Part shown: positions 39,723 through 51,845 of the stretch, one piece after another
Layout of the letters: every line of letters begins with the position of its first letter
Numbering within the stretch: the stretch's first letter is position 1
Source: an uncultured Gammaproteobacteria bacterium
GTDB taxonomy: Bacteria > Pseudomonadota > Gammaproteobacteria > Poriferisulfidales > GCA-002705445
Assembly: GCA_913042035.1 (NCBI GenBank)
Contig: CAJWIN010000002.1
Coordinates: forward strand, 1 to 53,363
DNA length: 53,363 bases
Reading direction: 5' to 3'
The notes under the pieces: generated by a model
The model's input: only the letters and a program-made list of their open reading frames with translations
Told to the model about the DNA's origin: nothing
Database searches by the model: none
Position numbers and translations under genes: made by a program

Positions 39723-40265
39723 TTATTTTATCATGGTTTTTAGTCTTTTCCAGTCAAATAATGGCCCAGGATCTGTTTTTCTATTAGGAGCTATATCAGA
39801 ATGAGATACTATTCTTTCGGCAGTTAAATCAATATAATTTTCAATTAAAGAATTAATAACTTCTGCTAATTTATTGTATTGAACGTCTTCATAAACTATA
39901 TCATCACAACCCTCTAGCTCAATACCGATGGAATAATCATTACAGTTTTCTATGTTTTCGTATGATGATTCTCCTGCATGCCAGGATCTTTTATTAAAAG
40001 GAACAAACTGTATAATTTCCCCGCTTCTCTTTATATAAATATGCGAAGAGACCCTTAGATTTCTAATATTATTTAAATAATCATATTGAGTTTTACATAA
40101 TTTATTGGTAAAAAAATCCTCTACATAACTATTTCCAAAAACAGTTGGTGGCAAGCTTATGCTATGAAGTACAATTAGAGATATATTGTTTTCTGATGGT
40201 CTATCATTGTAGTTTGGTGAACTGAGAAAAGTAACTTCCTCAAATAAATGATTTTTAATTTTCAT
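39723..40265 (-). CDS. ampD: 1,6-anhydro-N-acetylmuramyl-L-alanine amidase AmpD
   Basis: Amidase_2 motifs NYNDRP, SWHAGES and HSDIAPNRKTDPG. I place the start at the ATG at 40265; the track start at 40280 is a TTG inside the groEL terminator. Confidence 0.85.
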   Translation of the reverse strand: MKIKNHLFEEVTFLSSPNYNDRPSENNISLIVLHSISLPPTVFGNSYVEDFFTNKLCKTQYDYLNNIRNLRVSSHIYIKRSGEIIQFVPFNKRSWHAGESSYENIENCNDYSIGIELEGCDDIVYEDVQYNKLAEVINSLIENYIDLTAERIVSHSDIAPNRKTDPGPLFDWKRLKTMIK

Positions 40266-40278
40266 ACCTATATTATGC

Positions 40279-40305
40279 AAAAAAAAAGCCCTGACATGCA
40301 GGACT
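40279..40305 (-). terminator. Intrinsic terminator downstream of groEL
   Basis: The minus strand reads AGTCCTG-CATGT-CAGGGCT (7-bp stem with one G-U pair) followed by a run of 8 U. Confidence 0.6.
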
Positions 40306-40335
40306 TTTTTGTATTTTTTGCATAATGATATTGAA

Positions 40336-42018
<1,683 letters not shown>

Positions 42019-42058
42019 TCACCTTTATGTTTTAAATGTTATTTAATTGTAAAAATTA

Positions 42059-42352
42059 TTAATCTATTACTGCCATAATGTCGTCTTCTTTCATTACGAC
42101 TAATTCATCGGAATCTACTTTTACTTCTGTGCCAGAATACTTACCGAATAAAACAGTATCTCCAACTTTTACATCCAATGGCTGAACTTTGCCATTATCT
42201 TGAATTTTTCCATTACCAACTGCAATAACTTCACCTTTTATTGGTTTTTCTGTTGCACTGTCAGGAATAATAATTCCACCTGGGGATGCTTTTTCTTCTT
42301 CCATTCTTTTTATGACTACTCTGTCATGCAAAGGTCTTATTTTCATACTCAT
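42059..42352 (-). CDS. groS: Co-chaperonin GroES
   Basis: 97 aa. [18 protein letters not shown]...[12 protein letters not shown]. Confidence 0.98.
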   Translation of the reverse strand: MSMKIRPLHDRVVIKRMEEEKASPGGIIIPDSATEKPIKGEVIAVGNGKIQDNGKVQPLDVKVGDTVLFGKYSGTEVKVDSDELVVMKEDDIMAVID

Positions 42353-42379
42353 AACTCCTGGTATAATTTAATTAATTTT

Positions 42380-42406
42380 TTAGCACTCTCAATAGGAGAC
42401 TGCTAA
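42380..42406 (-). promoter_or_regulatory. CIRCE (HrcA operator) inverted repeat in the groES leader
   Basis: The minus strand reads TTAGCAGTC-N9-GAGTGCTAA, against the consensus TTAGCACTC-N9-GAGTGCTAA (one mismatch). It sits just downstream of the putative -10. Confidence 0.75.
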
Positions 42407-42433
42407 TTTTATTGTTTGACGGAGAAATGTCAA
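42406..42433 (-). promoter_or_regulatory. Putative sigma70-type groESL promoter
   Basis: Minus strand has TTGACA (42433-42428), a 16-nt spacer, then TAAAAT (42411-42406). No CCCCAT-type sigma32 -10 is visible. Confidence 0.5.
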
Positions 42434-42436
42434 GAA

Positions 42437-42853
42437 TTAATTATCAGGGTCTATATCGATATAGTCTTTATTTTTGTTGCTGCTTTGTGAAGTCCTAGTG
42501 AATCTAGATGCGGCTTTTCTTACAAATGCTTTAATTAACATTATTCTTATAGGAGGAAGTAATAGCAAAATGCCTAGAAAATCTGTAAAAAAACCTGGAA
42601 TAAGTAAAAACGCACCAGATATAAATAACGCTAAATTGCTTAAAATTTCTATGCCAGGATGAGCAGTATTCAATATAGATTGTCGTGCCTGCATAAACGA
42701 AGAAATCCCTTGATATTTTATTACCCCAATCCCCAAAGTAGCTGTTATTAAGGTAAATAAAACTGTTGATATAGCACCTATTTGAGTGCCTACTTTTACA
42801 AAAAAATAAATTTCAACAACTGGGAGTAAAATTATTGCTAATAGAAATCTCAT
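42437..42853 (-). CDS. fxsA: FxsA family inner-membrane protein
   Basis: 138 aa. MRFLLAIILLPVVEIYFFVKVGTQIGA is the typical FxsA N-terminus. Adjacent to groESL, as in E. coli. Confidence 0.8.
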   Translation of the reverse strand: MRFLLAIILLPVVEIYFFVKVGTQIGAISTVLFTLITATLGIGVIKYQGISSFMQARQSILNTAHPGIEILSNLALFISGAFLLIPGFFTDFLGILLLLPPIRIMLIKAFVRKAASRFTRTSQSSNKNKDYIDIDPDN

Positions 42854-43950
42854 GCTTTTTTGTTGTATTTTTGTTTATCAAATGACTTTTTAGTGTCTTC
42901 AAGATTATCGCTAGAATTTATTTCTTCGTTGTCCCAGTTAGAGATTTCTCCTAAAATTATTTTTTCCATTGCTTCAATATTTTTCTCAAAATCATTTAGT
43001 GCTGGTATATAGTTAAATGACTTTCCTCCACATGAGATATAATTTTCTCTACTCTGCATATTGATTTCCTCTAAGGTTTCTAAACAATCGCATAAGAAAC
43101 CAGGACAGAAAACATCTACACTATCAATCCCTTCTTTTGCCAAATTTTCTAAAGTTTCATCAGTATATGGCTGCAACCATACCTGTTTTCCAAATCTTGA
43201 TTGAAATGTCACAACGTATTCTTCATCCGTTAATCCTAATTCTAAAGCAATCATTTTCGCTGTTTTTTGACAATAACAATAGTATGGATCGCCTTTATGT
43301 AAATTCACTTGTGGCAAACCATGAAAAGAAAATACTAATTTTTTTGATTTTTCTTGATTTTTCCAAAAGTTTGAAATTCTGTCTGCACAAGCAGCTATGT
43401 AATGAGAATTGTCATGATATGTAGATAAAAATCTTATATCGGGTATATTTCTCCACTTCTTTATTTCCTCAGTAACTTTATCAAAAATAGAGGCAGTGGT
43501 TGCCGCCGAGTACTGCGGGAACATTGGCACTATTGAAAGCTTATTTATATTTTGCTCTTTAAAGTTTTCTAATGCTGAATTTATTGAAGGATTTCCATAT
43601 CTCATAGCTAAATCTAAAATTACACTTTTTTGATCTGAAATATTTTTTGAAATTTTAATTTTTTCAACAATTTTATTTGATATCACAAGCAATGGTGATC
43701 CTTCTTTCAACCAAATTTTTTTATATAAATCTCTACTTTTTTTGGGCCTAATATTCAAAATTATTAAATTTAATATTAACCACCAAATTATTTTAGGAAT
43801 CTCTACTATTCTTGGATCAGATAAAAATTCTGATAAATACTTTCTAACAGCAGAAGTAGTTGGTTCATCAGGAGTACCTAAATTGACTAATAAAACTCCT
43901 ATTTTTCTCTCATCACCATGTGAGTAGTTATTGTCTGACTTATATTTCAT
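42850..43950 (-). CDS. hemH: Ferrochelatase
   Basis: 366 aa. GVLLVNLGTPDEPT, MRYGNPS, PMFPQYSAATT and SFHGLP motifs. Confidence 0.9.
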   Translation of the reverse strand: MKYKSDNNYSHGDERKIGVLLVNLGTPDEPTTSAVRKYLSEFLSDPRIVEIPKIIWWLILNLIILNIRPKKSRDLYKKIWLKEGSPLLVISNKIVEKIKISKNISDQKSVILDLAMRYGNPSINSALENFKEQNINKLSIVPMFPQYSAATTASIFDKVTEEIKKWRNIPDIRFLSTYHDNSHYIAACADRISNFWKNQEKSKKLVFSFHGLPQVNLHKGDPYYCYCQKTAKMIALELGLTDEEYVVTFQSRFGKQVWLQPYTDETLENLAKEGIDSVDVFCPGFLCDCLETLEEINMQSRENYISCGGKSFNYIPALNDFEKNIEAMEKIILGEISNWDNEEINSSDNLEDTKKSFDKQKYNKKA

Positions 43951-44003
43951 ATTCCTTAATATTAAAAAAAAGTTGAATTACTTTCAGAAATAATACCACA
44001 TAT

Positions 44004-44591
44004 TTAGAGCCTATTTCTTAGTGGGCTTGATCTAGGAAAGTGTTGTTTCAAAAATTCCATTTGATCAAAAAGAATAACTTTTCCTTGTAAGAAAATATAC
44101 TCTGCATGGGTGGGTATAAAAGGGATTGCTAAAAGCTTCATGTTTGCTTGTTCTGGTGTTCTTCCTGCTTTTGCGTTGTTACATCTTTTACAAGCTGATA
44201 CTACATTTACCCAAAGATCCTTTCCGCCTTGAAATAGTGGCGTTACATGGTCTCTTGACAAATCTTCTGTTTTAAATTTGTTGCCGCAATATAAACATAA
44301 ATGGTCATCTCTTTTAAATAACGTGGTGTTATTCAAAGGAGGAGCATATTGTTCTGAAAGGGTTTTATTATTCCCAAAGGTTGCAATTATTGAATTTACG
44401 TCTACCTTACTTCTTAGATTCGTAATGGCATTAATACCGCCGCGAATTGTCATAATATTGCTACCGCAAGTATATGCTATTTGGTCATTAAAATATAATC
44501 TTACGGCATCTTGATATGTCACCCATTCAAGTGGCATTCCAGACACATCAGTTCTTAAAATTTGTTGATTTAAACTGTTCAACTTAATCAT
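44004..44591 (-). CDS. HNH endonuclease-domain protein with an uncharacterised N-terminal domain of about 95 aa
   Basis: 195 aa. The zinc-type HNH core is CLYCGNKF...RDHVTPLFQGGKDLWVNVVSACKRCNNAKAG. Confidence 0.8.
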   Translation of the reverse strand: MIKLNSLNQQILRTDVSGMPLEWVTYQDAVRLYFNDQIAYTCGSNIMTIRGGINAITNLRSKVDVNSIIATFGNNKTLSEQYAPPLNNTTLFKRDDHLCLYCGNKFKTEDLSRDHVTPLFQGGKDLWVNVVSACKRCNNAKAGRTPEQANMKLLAIPFIPTHAEYIFLQGKVILFDQMEFLKQHFPRSSPLRNRL

Positions 44592-44701
44592 GACCCCTTA
44601 TATTTAAAGGTGTAAAATAATATTTATTATTATTTAAAGCTTTATACTAAACATTAACATTACAAAAAATTTTAATAAAGATAAATACTTTTTGTGCAAA
44701 A

Positions 44702-46696
44702 ATGACAAAAAACATAGCCAAAATAGCCATTATTAAACCACTACATAATCTTTTTGATTATGAAATACCTATAGATATGAAAACTGTTGAACCAGGTTCA
44801 AGGGTTTGCGTAGAATTTGGTAAAAAACTTGTTTTTGGTATTGTAATTAAAATAATAAAAAAAAATAAACCTTCAGATTATAAGCTTAAAAAAATAATAG
44901 ACTTAGTTGATGAAAAACCAGCAATTGATGAAGAAACTCTAAATTTGTTTTTATGGGCATCAAATTACTATCATTCTCCGATAGGTCAAGTTATTGGTAT
45001 TGGAACGCCATCTTTTTTTAGACAGGGGAAAAAATTACCTGAAAATTCAATTAAGGATCCGAAATATAATGAAAATTTTCAAATAAATACTGATGATATA
45101 AATCTTACAAAAGAGCAAAGCGATGCAATTAAGGCTATAAGTAAATCTATAAATTTTTACGAATGTTTTCTACTAGATGGAATTACAGGAAGTGGTAAAA
45201 CTGAGGTATACAGGAAAATACAAAATAAAATATATAAAGCTGGCTTGCAAACATTGATCATAGTTCCCGAGAAAAATTTAATTCCAGAACTATTAAAATA
45301 TTTTAAAACAAAAAACATTAGAATTGTAGAATATCACTCTTCACTAACACCTAAGAAGAAATTTACAAATTGGAATTTAATACAGAAGTGTGAAGCGGAT
45401 ATTATCATCGGAACAAGGTCGTCTATATTTTTAAAAATTCCAAAATTAGGGCTAATAATTGTTGATGAGGAACATGATCCTTCGTTTAAAAATAATTCAG
45501 AAACAAGATATAACGCACGTGACATTGCTATATTTAGAGCAAAAAATAAAGATGTTCCAATTATACTTGGAAGTGCAACACCATCCTCTGAATCAATATT
45601 GAATGTTACTAAAAAGAAATTTACTCATTTAAAAATGAGAAATAGAATTAATAAACAAGCGTTGCCAAATTTAAAAGTTATTAATATGGCCAATAGGAAA
45701 AAAAATATAATAATATCTGAAGAAGTAATTGCATCAATAAAAGAAAGAATTGAAAGAAAAGAACAGGTATTAATATTTTTAAACAGAAGAGGATATTCTC
45801 CAGTCATAACTTGTAATGACTGTGGTTGGATTCCTAAATGCCAAGAATGCAACTTAAATATGACATTTCACAAAAATAAAAATTTATTGATGTGTCATCA
45901 TTGTGGAAAAGTAGAAAAATTTCATAGCAATTGTTTTTCATGTAACTCCAAAGACATTTCTTTTATAGGCGAAGGCACAGAAAAAATTGAAGAAATAATT
46001 ACAAGCAAATTCAATAAATCAAATATTATTAGAATTGATTCAGATAGCACTAGAAAAAAAGGTCAAATAGAAAAAATTTTCAATGATATAAAGAATAATA
46101 AATATGATATTTTGATTGGGACTCAAATGTTATCCAAAGGACACAATTTTCCTAATATTACGCTTGTTATAGTCATGAACATAGATCAGAGTTTATTCAG
46201 TCCCAGATTAAAGGCAATTGAACAACTTGCGCAACAGCTCGTTCAGGTATCTGGAAGGTCTGGGCGCGGTGGTAAAAAGGGTGAGGTTATTCTTCAAACA
46301 TCATTTCCAGATAACGAAGACTTGAAATGTTTAATAGATCACGGTTATGAAAAATGGATGAATAATCTTCTTCTATTAAGAAATAATTTAGGCCTTCCGC
46401 CTCATAAAAACTGGGGGGTCGTTCAAGCAAAAGCTAGAAAATATATAGATGCTGAAAATTTCTTAAACAGTATTAAAAAAATTATAAAAAAAGATAATCA
46501 AATAGAAATTTTTGGTCCAATGCCATCAAATATGCAAAAAAAAGCTAATTTGTATAACTTAAATCTTGTAATACAAGCAAAAAATAAAATGAAATTAAAT
46601 TACGCCATCAGAGATTGTATTCCTCTTATAAAGGATATACCCTATTCAAATAAAATTAGGTGGACAGTAGATATAGATCCCATTGACTATGATTGA
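44702..46696 (+). CDS. priA: Primosomal replication-restart helicase PriA
   Basis: 664 aa. Walker A GITGSGKT, DEEH box and a Cys-rich zinc insert (CNDCGW...CQECN...CHHCG...CFSCN). Confidence 0.9.
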   Translation: MTKNIAKIAIIKPLHNLFDYEIPIDMKTVEPGSRVCVEFGKKLVFGIVIKIIKKNKPSDYKLKKIIDLVDEKPAIDEETLNLFLWASNYYHSPIGQVIGIGTPSFFRQGKKLPENSIKDPKYNENFQINTDDINLTKEQSDAIKAISKSINFYECFLLDGITGSGKTEVYRKIQNKIYKAGLQTLIIVPEKNLIPELLKYFKTKNIRIVEYHSSLTPKKKFTNWNLIQKCEADIIIGTRSSIFLKIPKLGLIIVDEEHDPSFKNNSETRYNARDIAIFRAKNKDVPIILGSATPSSESILNVTKKKFTHLKMRNRINKQALPNLKVINMANRKKNIIISEEVIASIKERIERKEQVLIFLNRRGYSPVITCNDCGWIPKCQECNLNMTFHKNKNLLMCHHCGKVEKFHSNCFSCNSKDISFIGEGTEKIEEIITSKFNKSNIIRIDSDSTRKKGQIEKIFNDIKNNKYDILIGTQMLSKGHNFPNITLVIVMNIDQSLFSPRLKAIEQLAQQLVQVSGRSGRGGKKGEVILQTSFPDNEDLKCLIDHGYEKWMNNLLLLRNNLGLPPHKNWGVVQAKARKYIDAENFLNSIKKIIKKDNQIEIFGPMPSNMQKKANLYNLNLVIQAKNKMKLNYAIRDCIPLIKDIPYSNKIRWTVDIDPIDYD

Positions 46697-48417
46697 GTTG
46701 TTTTGTGAAAAATACCATTAAAGATTTAATTAAAAAATCCTTATTAAAAATTGATAAGGACAGAGATATTTCGGTTGAAAATATTGAAGTAAATATTTGC
46801 AAAGATAAAAAATTTGGAGATTTTTCATCAAATATATCTATGAAATCATCTCATTTATATAACCAAAAACCTAGAGATCTTGCGGCTGAAATAATAGCTG
46901 GAATCGAAGAAAACAAAAATATTTCTAAGATTGAAATTGCTGGACCTGGGTTTATAAATTTTTTCATTACGAAAAATACAAAATTTGAGATTATAGAAAA
47001 AATTTTAAATGAAAAAAATAATTTTGGAAAAAATAAAATTGGGAAAAATTTGAAAGTTTTAATTGAATTTGTGTCTGCTAATCCAACTGGGCCACTTCAT
47101 GTTGGGCATGGAAGAGGTGCTGCTTTTGGAGATTGTCTATCAAAATTATTAAAAACTAATGGTTATGAAGTCTTCAAGGAGTATTATGTAAATGATGCAG
47201 GAAAACAGATAGATATACTTACATTATCAGTATTACAAAGATATCACGAGTTAATTAACGACGAATATAGTTTTCAGTATGAAGATCTATATAAAGGAGA
47301 TTATATTTGGGATATTGCTGCTGAGGTTCATAGAAACTTTCAAGAAACGTTCCTAATAAAAGATTTACACACACAAAAATTTAATTTAGTTGATGATTAT
47401 ATCTCTCATGTTAAAAATATTATTTCTAAAGAAAAATTTAATGAGATTAAGAATTTGTCAGTAAAATTTATTCAAGATAATATTAAAAAAACTCTTATTT
47501 TGTCTGGTATAGAATTTGATTCTTGGTTTTTAGAATCATCGTTACTTCAAAATGATAACCTGCAGGATGTAATTGATTTTTTATCTAGCAATAATCATAC
47601 CTATCAAAAAGATAATGCTTTATGGTTTAAGTCAACAGATAAAGGCGATGAAAAAGATCGTGTGTTAATAAAAGAGAACAATGATCATACATATCTAGCA
47701 ACTGATATAGCTTACCATAAAGATAAAATTGAAAGAAATTATAACCGCGTCATAAACATTTGGGGAGCGGATCATCATGGTTACATATCAAGAATAAAGG
47801 GCGCATTTAATATATTTTCCAAAGGAAAATCTGATTTGACCATATTGTTAGTTCAATTTGCTAATCTCTACAGGGGTAAAAAGAAAATCTCTATGTCAAC
47901 TAGGTCGGGGGATTTTATTACTTTAGAACAACTTTTAAAAGAAGTTGGAAAAGACGCAACAAGATTTTTTTATATTGCAAGAAAATCAGATCAACATATG
48001 GACTTCGATATAGAATTAGCAAAAACAAATGATAGTAATAATCCTGTTTATTATATTCAATATGCGCATGCAAGAATATGCAGTATTTTTAGGCAGTCCA
48101 GAGAAAATAATATGACTTTTAGTTATAGTAAAAAATGTCTAGATCTTTTGTCAGAAGAAGAGGAGCTTAAAATTATTAAAAAACTTTACTCATATCCGGA
48201 TATTGTAAAAAAATCTGCTGAAAGATATGAGCCACATTTATTAACAAACTACATGCGCGAACTTGCTCAGGAAATACATTCGTATTATAACAAATTCCAA
48301 ATATTGGTTGATGATAATAATATTAGAAATGCTAGGCTTTCATTAATAGAAGCCTGCAGACAAGTACTTGAAAATAGTAGTAATATTATTGGAATTAAAA
48401 TGCCAGAAAAAATGTAA
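46693..48417 (+). CDS. argS: Arginine-tRNA ligase
   Basis: Class I HIGH motif (NPTGPLHVGHGR) and MSTRSG (KMSKS-like). The start is ambiguous: a TTG at 46693 overlapping the priA stop, or a GTG at 46705. Confidence 0.95.
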   Translation: MSCFVKNTIKDLIKKSLLKIDKDRDISVENIEVNICKDKKFGDFSSNISMKSSHLYNQKPRDLAAEIIAGIEENKNISKIEIAGPGFINFFITKNTKFEIIEKILNEKNNFGKNKIGKNLKVLIEFVSANPTGPLHVGHGRGAAFGDCLSKLLKTNGYEVFKEYYVNDAGKQIDILTLSVLQRYHELINDEYSFQYEDLYKGDYIWDIAAEVHRNFQETFLIKDLHTQKFNLVDDYISHVKNIISKEKFNEIKNLSVKFIQDNIKKTLILSGIEFDSWFLESSLLQNDNLQDVIDFLSSNNHTYQKDNALWFKSTDKGDEKDRVLIKENNDHTYLATDIAYHKDKIERNYNRVINIWGADHHGYISRIKGAFNIFSKGKSDLTILLVQFANLYRGKKKISMSTRSGDFITLEQLLKEVGKDATRFFYIARKSDQHMDFDIELAKTNDSNNPVYYIQYAHARICSIFRQSRENNMTFSYSKKCLDLLSEEEELKIIKKLYSYPDIVKKSAERYEPHLLTNYMRELAQEIHSYYNKFQILVDDNNIRNARLSLIEACRQVLENSSNIIGIKMPEKM

Positions 48418-48422
48418 TTAAA

Positions 48423-48836
48423 ATGAGATTTTTAAAAAAATCAAATATTATATTTAGAATATGCTTTTTAATAATTTTTCTACTTTTAGTATTTATTTTT
48501 TTCTTTCCCGACTCAAAAAACCTTAAATATATTCAAAATAAATGCATAGAATATATTGGAGAAATTAATCCCAAAAACTACTTTATAAATAAAAAAAATA
48601 CAAAAAAAATAAGATATTTTGTTCAATTAGGAATATTTGCAAAACACAATGAAGTAGATAAAATTGAAGCTAGGATTAATATTTTAGGTCTAAAACCTAA
48701 CATAGAAAATTATTTATTTAATGGAAAATTAACAAAAAAAATTACTTTAGGACCTTATAATAGCTATAAAAATTTTGAAAAAATTTTGAAAACCCTAGAT
48801 GATAATAATATTCAATATCACATAATCAATGAGTAA
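48423..48836 (+). CDS. SPOR-domain membrane protein
   Basis: 137 aa. N-terminal TM. C-terminal [26 protein letters not shown]...[17 protein letters not shown] fits a SPOR repeat. The position after argS is conserved in pseudomonads. Confidence 0.7.
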   Translation: MRFLKKSNIIFRICFLIIFLLLVFIFFFPDSKNLKYIQNKCIEYIGEINPKNYFINKKNTKKIRYFVQLGIFAKHNEVDKIEARINILGLKPNIENYLFNGKLTKKITLGPYNSYKNFEKILKTLDDNNIQYHIINE

Positions 48837-49878
48837 ATTTAATAACTTAAAATTCCAGAATGAGTCTTTTCCAAAAACTAGTGACGTTCTAAATAACTCT
48901 CCTGCCTACAATGAAAAGAAAAAAGCAGATAAAATTAATTTAATTAAAAAACTATTAAAGGAGAAAGATGCAAAAATCATAGCTCATTATTATACTCATG
49001 AAGATATACAAGAAGTAGCTGAGTTAACAGGCGGAAATGTTTCAGATTCCTTGGAAATGGCAAAATTTGGAGCTAGCCAAAGCTCTAAAACCCTTGTTGT
49101 TGCAGGGGTTAGGTTTATGGGAGAAACAGCAAAAATATTAAATCCGGAAAAAAAAATATTAATGCCTACACTGGATGCAGAATGTTCATTAGACCTTAAT
49201 TGCCCTGCCCCTGAACTTTTAAAATTTAGACAAAGATATCCAGACAGACAACTTGTAGTTTACGCAAACACAAGTGCAGAAGTGAAGGCTATGGCAGATT
49301 GGGTAGTTACTTCCAGTATAGCTGTAAAGTTAATTGAATATCTTAATAAAAAAAATATAAAATTAATATGGGCTCCTGATAAGCACTTGGGAAACTATTT
49401 AAATGATAAAACTAATGCAAATATGAAGCTTTGGAATGCTAGCTGTATTGTTCACGAAGAGTTTAAAGCAACTGCTCTTATTAAATTAATGAAAGAAAAT
49501 AAGGATGCTGCAGTACTTGTCCATCCTGAATCACCAAAAGAGGTGGTAGAACTTGCTGATGTTGTCGGTTCAACTTCCCAGCTAATTTCTGCATGTAAAA
49601 ACTTGCCTCATAATAAAATGATTGTTGCTACTGATAATAGAATTTTTTATAAAATGAAAAAAGCAGCGCCAAATAAAATCCTTATTGAAGCTCCAACTGG
49701 AGGGAAAGGTGCAACATGTATTAGTTGCGCTCATTGTCCTTGGATGGCTATGAATAATCTTGATAACCTTATTGAAACTTTAATTGATGAAAAAAATGAA
49801 ATTATTGTTGATGAAACAATAAGGAAGAAAGCATTTATTTCTACAAATAAAATGATTGATTTCGCTAAGACATTATAA
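48829..49878 (+). CDS. nadA: Quinolinate synthase A
   Basis: 349 aa. [30 protein letters not shown] and Cys ligands (CIVHE, CPWM). Confidence 0.9.
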   Translation: MSKFNNLKFQNESFPKTSDVLNNSPAYNEKKKADKINLIKKLLKEKDAKIIAHYYTHEDIQEVAELTGGNVSDSLEMAKFGASQSSKTLVVAGVRFMGETAKILNPEKKILMPTLDAECSLDLNCPAPELLKFRQRYPDRQLVVYANTSAEVKAMADWVVTSSIAVKLIEYLNKKNIKLIWAPDKHLGNYLNDKTNANMKLWNASCIVHEEFKATALIKLMKENKDAAVLVHPESPKEVVELADVVGSTSQLISACKNLPHNKMIVATDNRIFYKMKKAAPNKILIEAPTGGKGATCISCAHCPWMAMNNLDNLIETLIDEKNEIIVDETIRKKAFISTNKMIDFAKTL

Positions 49879-49879
49879 A

Positions 49880-49907
49880 AAACGTGCACATTTCTATGTG
49901 CACGTTT
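49880..49907. terminator. Bidirectional intrinsic terminator between convergent nadA and amtB
   Basis: Perfect 12-bp stem AAACGTGCACAT / ATGTGCACGTTT with a TTCT loop. T-rich on both sides. Confidence 0.65.
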
Positions 49908-49929
49908 AATATTTTAAAAATTAAAGATA

Positions 49930-51168
49930 TTAACTTTTGAACTCAGGATACGCTTCCATACCACATTCAGAAACATCTGCGCCCACTTCTTCAGCTTCGT
50001 CAGTTATCCTAATACCCATAACAGCTTTTAATATTCCCCAGAAAATTAAAGCTGCAATAAATGTCCACGCAAAGATAATTATTGCGCCATACAACTGAGT
50101 TCCCAAAGTTGCATCACCGTTAGATAAACACACTGCAATTAAACCCCAAATACCACAGGTTCCATGAGCAGATATAGCACCAACTGGATCATCAATTTTT
50201 GATTTATCTAGCATAATTATTGATAAAACAACAATCACACCACCTATAGCTCCTATTATAGCTGCTAATTCAGGAGTTGGGGCAAGTGGCTCAGCTGTAA
50301 TAGAAACTAAACCTCCAATAGCACCATTCAGCGACATCGATAAATCAAATTTACCAAATAATATTTTTGAAAAAACAAGTGCTCCAATCACACCGCCTGC
50401 AGCGGCAGCATTTGTATTAACAAAAACTAGTGCCACGGCATTAGCTTCAGCTACATTTGAAACCATTAATTCAGATCCGCCATTGAATCCAAACCAACCA
50501 AGCCAAAGAATAAATGTTCCAAGAGTTGCTAATGGCATATTTGATCCAGGGATCGCATTAATTTTACCGTCTTCATATTTACCTTTTCTAGCTCCAAGTA
50601 GAATAACTCCAGCTAATGCTGCTGCAGCTCCACATAAGTGAACTACCCCAGAACCAGCAAAGTCTTGAAAACCTGCAGCATCTAAGAAACCACCACCCCA
50701 TTTCCAATAACCTTGTATAGGGTAAATTAAGCCTGTCATTACAATACAAAATAGTAAGAAAGATGATAATTTCATTCTTTCAGCTACTGCTCCAGAGACA
50801 ATTGACATTGCTGTTGCAACAAAAACTACCTGAAAAAAGAAATCTGATAATGCTGAATAATAGACGTCACCACCACTAGCAATCACATCAGCAGCTTCGT
50901 TGTCGCCACCTAAGAAAAAACTAAGAGCTGGAATAACTCCATTTCCATCTGCAGGATACATTAAATTGTAACCTACAACCATATACATGATTGATGCTAT
51001 CGAATAAAGAGCTATGTTTTTTGTTAAAATTTCAACTACACTTTTCGAGCGAACCATACCGGCTTCAAGCATCGAAAATCCAGCCGCCATCCACATTACA
51101 AATGCACCCATTACTAGAAAGTAAAAGGTATCAAGTGCATATGCTACTTCAATTACTTGTCCTTCCAT
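49930..51168 (-). CDS. amtB: Ammonium transporter
   Basis: 412 aa. Amt signatures DFAGSGVVHLCGAAAAL and HGTCGIWG. Lies downstream of glnK. Confidence 0.95.
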   Translation of the reverse strand: MEGQVIEVAYALDTFYFLVMGAFVMWMAAGFSMLEAGMVRSKSVVEILTKNIALYSIASIMYMVVGYNLMYPADGNGVIPALSFFLGGDNEAADVIASGGDVYYSALSDFFFQVVFVATAMSIVSGAVAERMKLSSFLLFCIVMTGLIYPIQGYWKWGGGFLDAAGFQDFAGSGVVHLCGAAAALAGVILLGARKGKYEDGKINAIPGSNMPLATLGTFILWLGWFGFNGGSELMVSNVAEANAVALVFVNTNAAAAGGVIGALVFSKILFGKFDLSMSLNGAIGGLVSITAEPLAPTPELAAIIGAIGGVIVVLSIIMLDKSKIDDPVGAISAHGTCGIWGLIAVCLSNGDATLGTQLYGAIIIFAWTFIAALIFWGILKAVMGIRITDEAEEVGADVSECGMEAYPEFKS

Positions 51169-51191
51169 AATTTAAACCCTCATAATTTATT

Positions 51192-51551
<360 letters not shown>

Positions 51552-51568
51552 TTAAGCATATATCTATA

Positions 51569-51584
51569 TGCATTAACTGTGCCA
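51569..51584 (-). promoter_or_regulatory. Sigma54 (-24/-12) promoter candidate for glnK-amtB
   Basis: The minus strand reads TGGCAC-AGTTA-ATGCA, against the consensus TGGCAC-N5-TTGCW. It lies about 40 nt upstream of the glnK ATG, which has a GGAG SD. Confidence 0.65.
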
Positions 51585-51676
51585 AAAAATTAATTTACAA
51601 AAATCATTTTTTAAAACCTTGATTCTGTTTGTCATAAAAAAAATTTAGCTCAGTTATTAAAGGCGTTTAAATTATG

Positions 51677-51693
51677 TGCACAATAAAAGTGCA
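51677..51693. promoter_or_regulatory. NtrC-type enhancer dyad
   Basis: Perfect dyad TGCAC-AATAAAA-GTGCA, the same TGCAC-N7-GTGCA geometry as the NtrC consensus TGCACC-N5-GGTGCA. It is centred about 100 bp upstream of the sigma54 candidate. Confidence 0.6.
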
Positions 51694-51717
51694 TTCAATA
51701 ATTAGTATACCGTTAGC

Positions 51718-51749
51718 AAAAAAAAAGGGAAGGTTGTTAAAACCTTCCC
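51718..51749 (-). terminator. Intrinsic terminator of the porin gene
   Basis: The minus strand has GGGAAGG, a 9-nt loop, then CCTTCCC (perfect 7-bp GC-rich stem) followed by 9 U. Confidence 0.7.
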
Positions 51750-51776
51750 TGAAATGAAAAGCGCATTGGCTTCTCG

Positions 51777-51802
51777 AGGAGTCTTAAGTAAGGAGTCTTA
51801 AG
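51777..51802. repeat. Direct tandem 12-mer AGGAGTCTTAAG x2 (14-nt period) in the porin 3' UTR
   Basis: Copies at 51777-51788 and 51791-51802. Each contains the palindrome CTTAAG. Confidence 0.6.
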
Positions 51803-51845
51803 AAATAAAACTTATTTAATACTTTATAATTTTTCAAACTTCTAA

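Noticed and set aside
49885-49902. NtrC-like dyad TGCAC-N8-GTGCA next to amtB
   Set aside because: The spacing is N8 rather than N7. It forms the stem of the nadA/amtB terminator and lies at the 3' end of amtB, so it is not upstream of any promoter.
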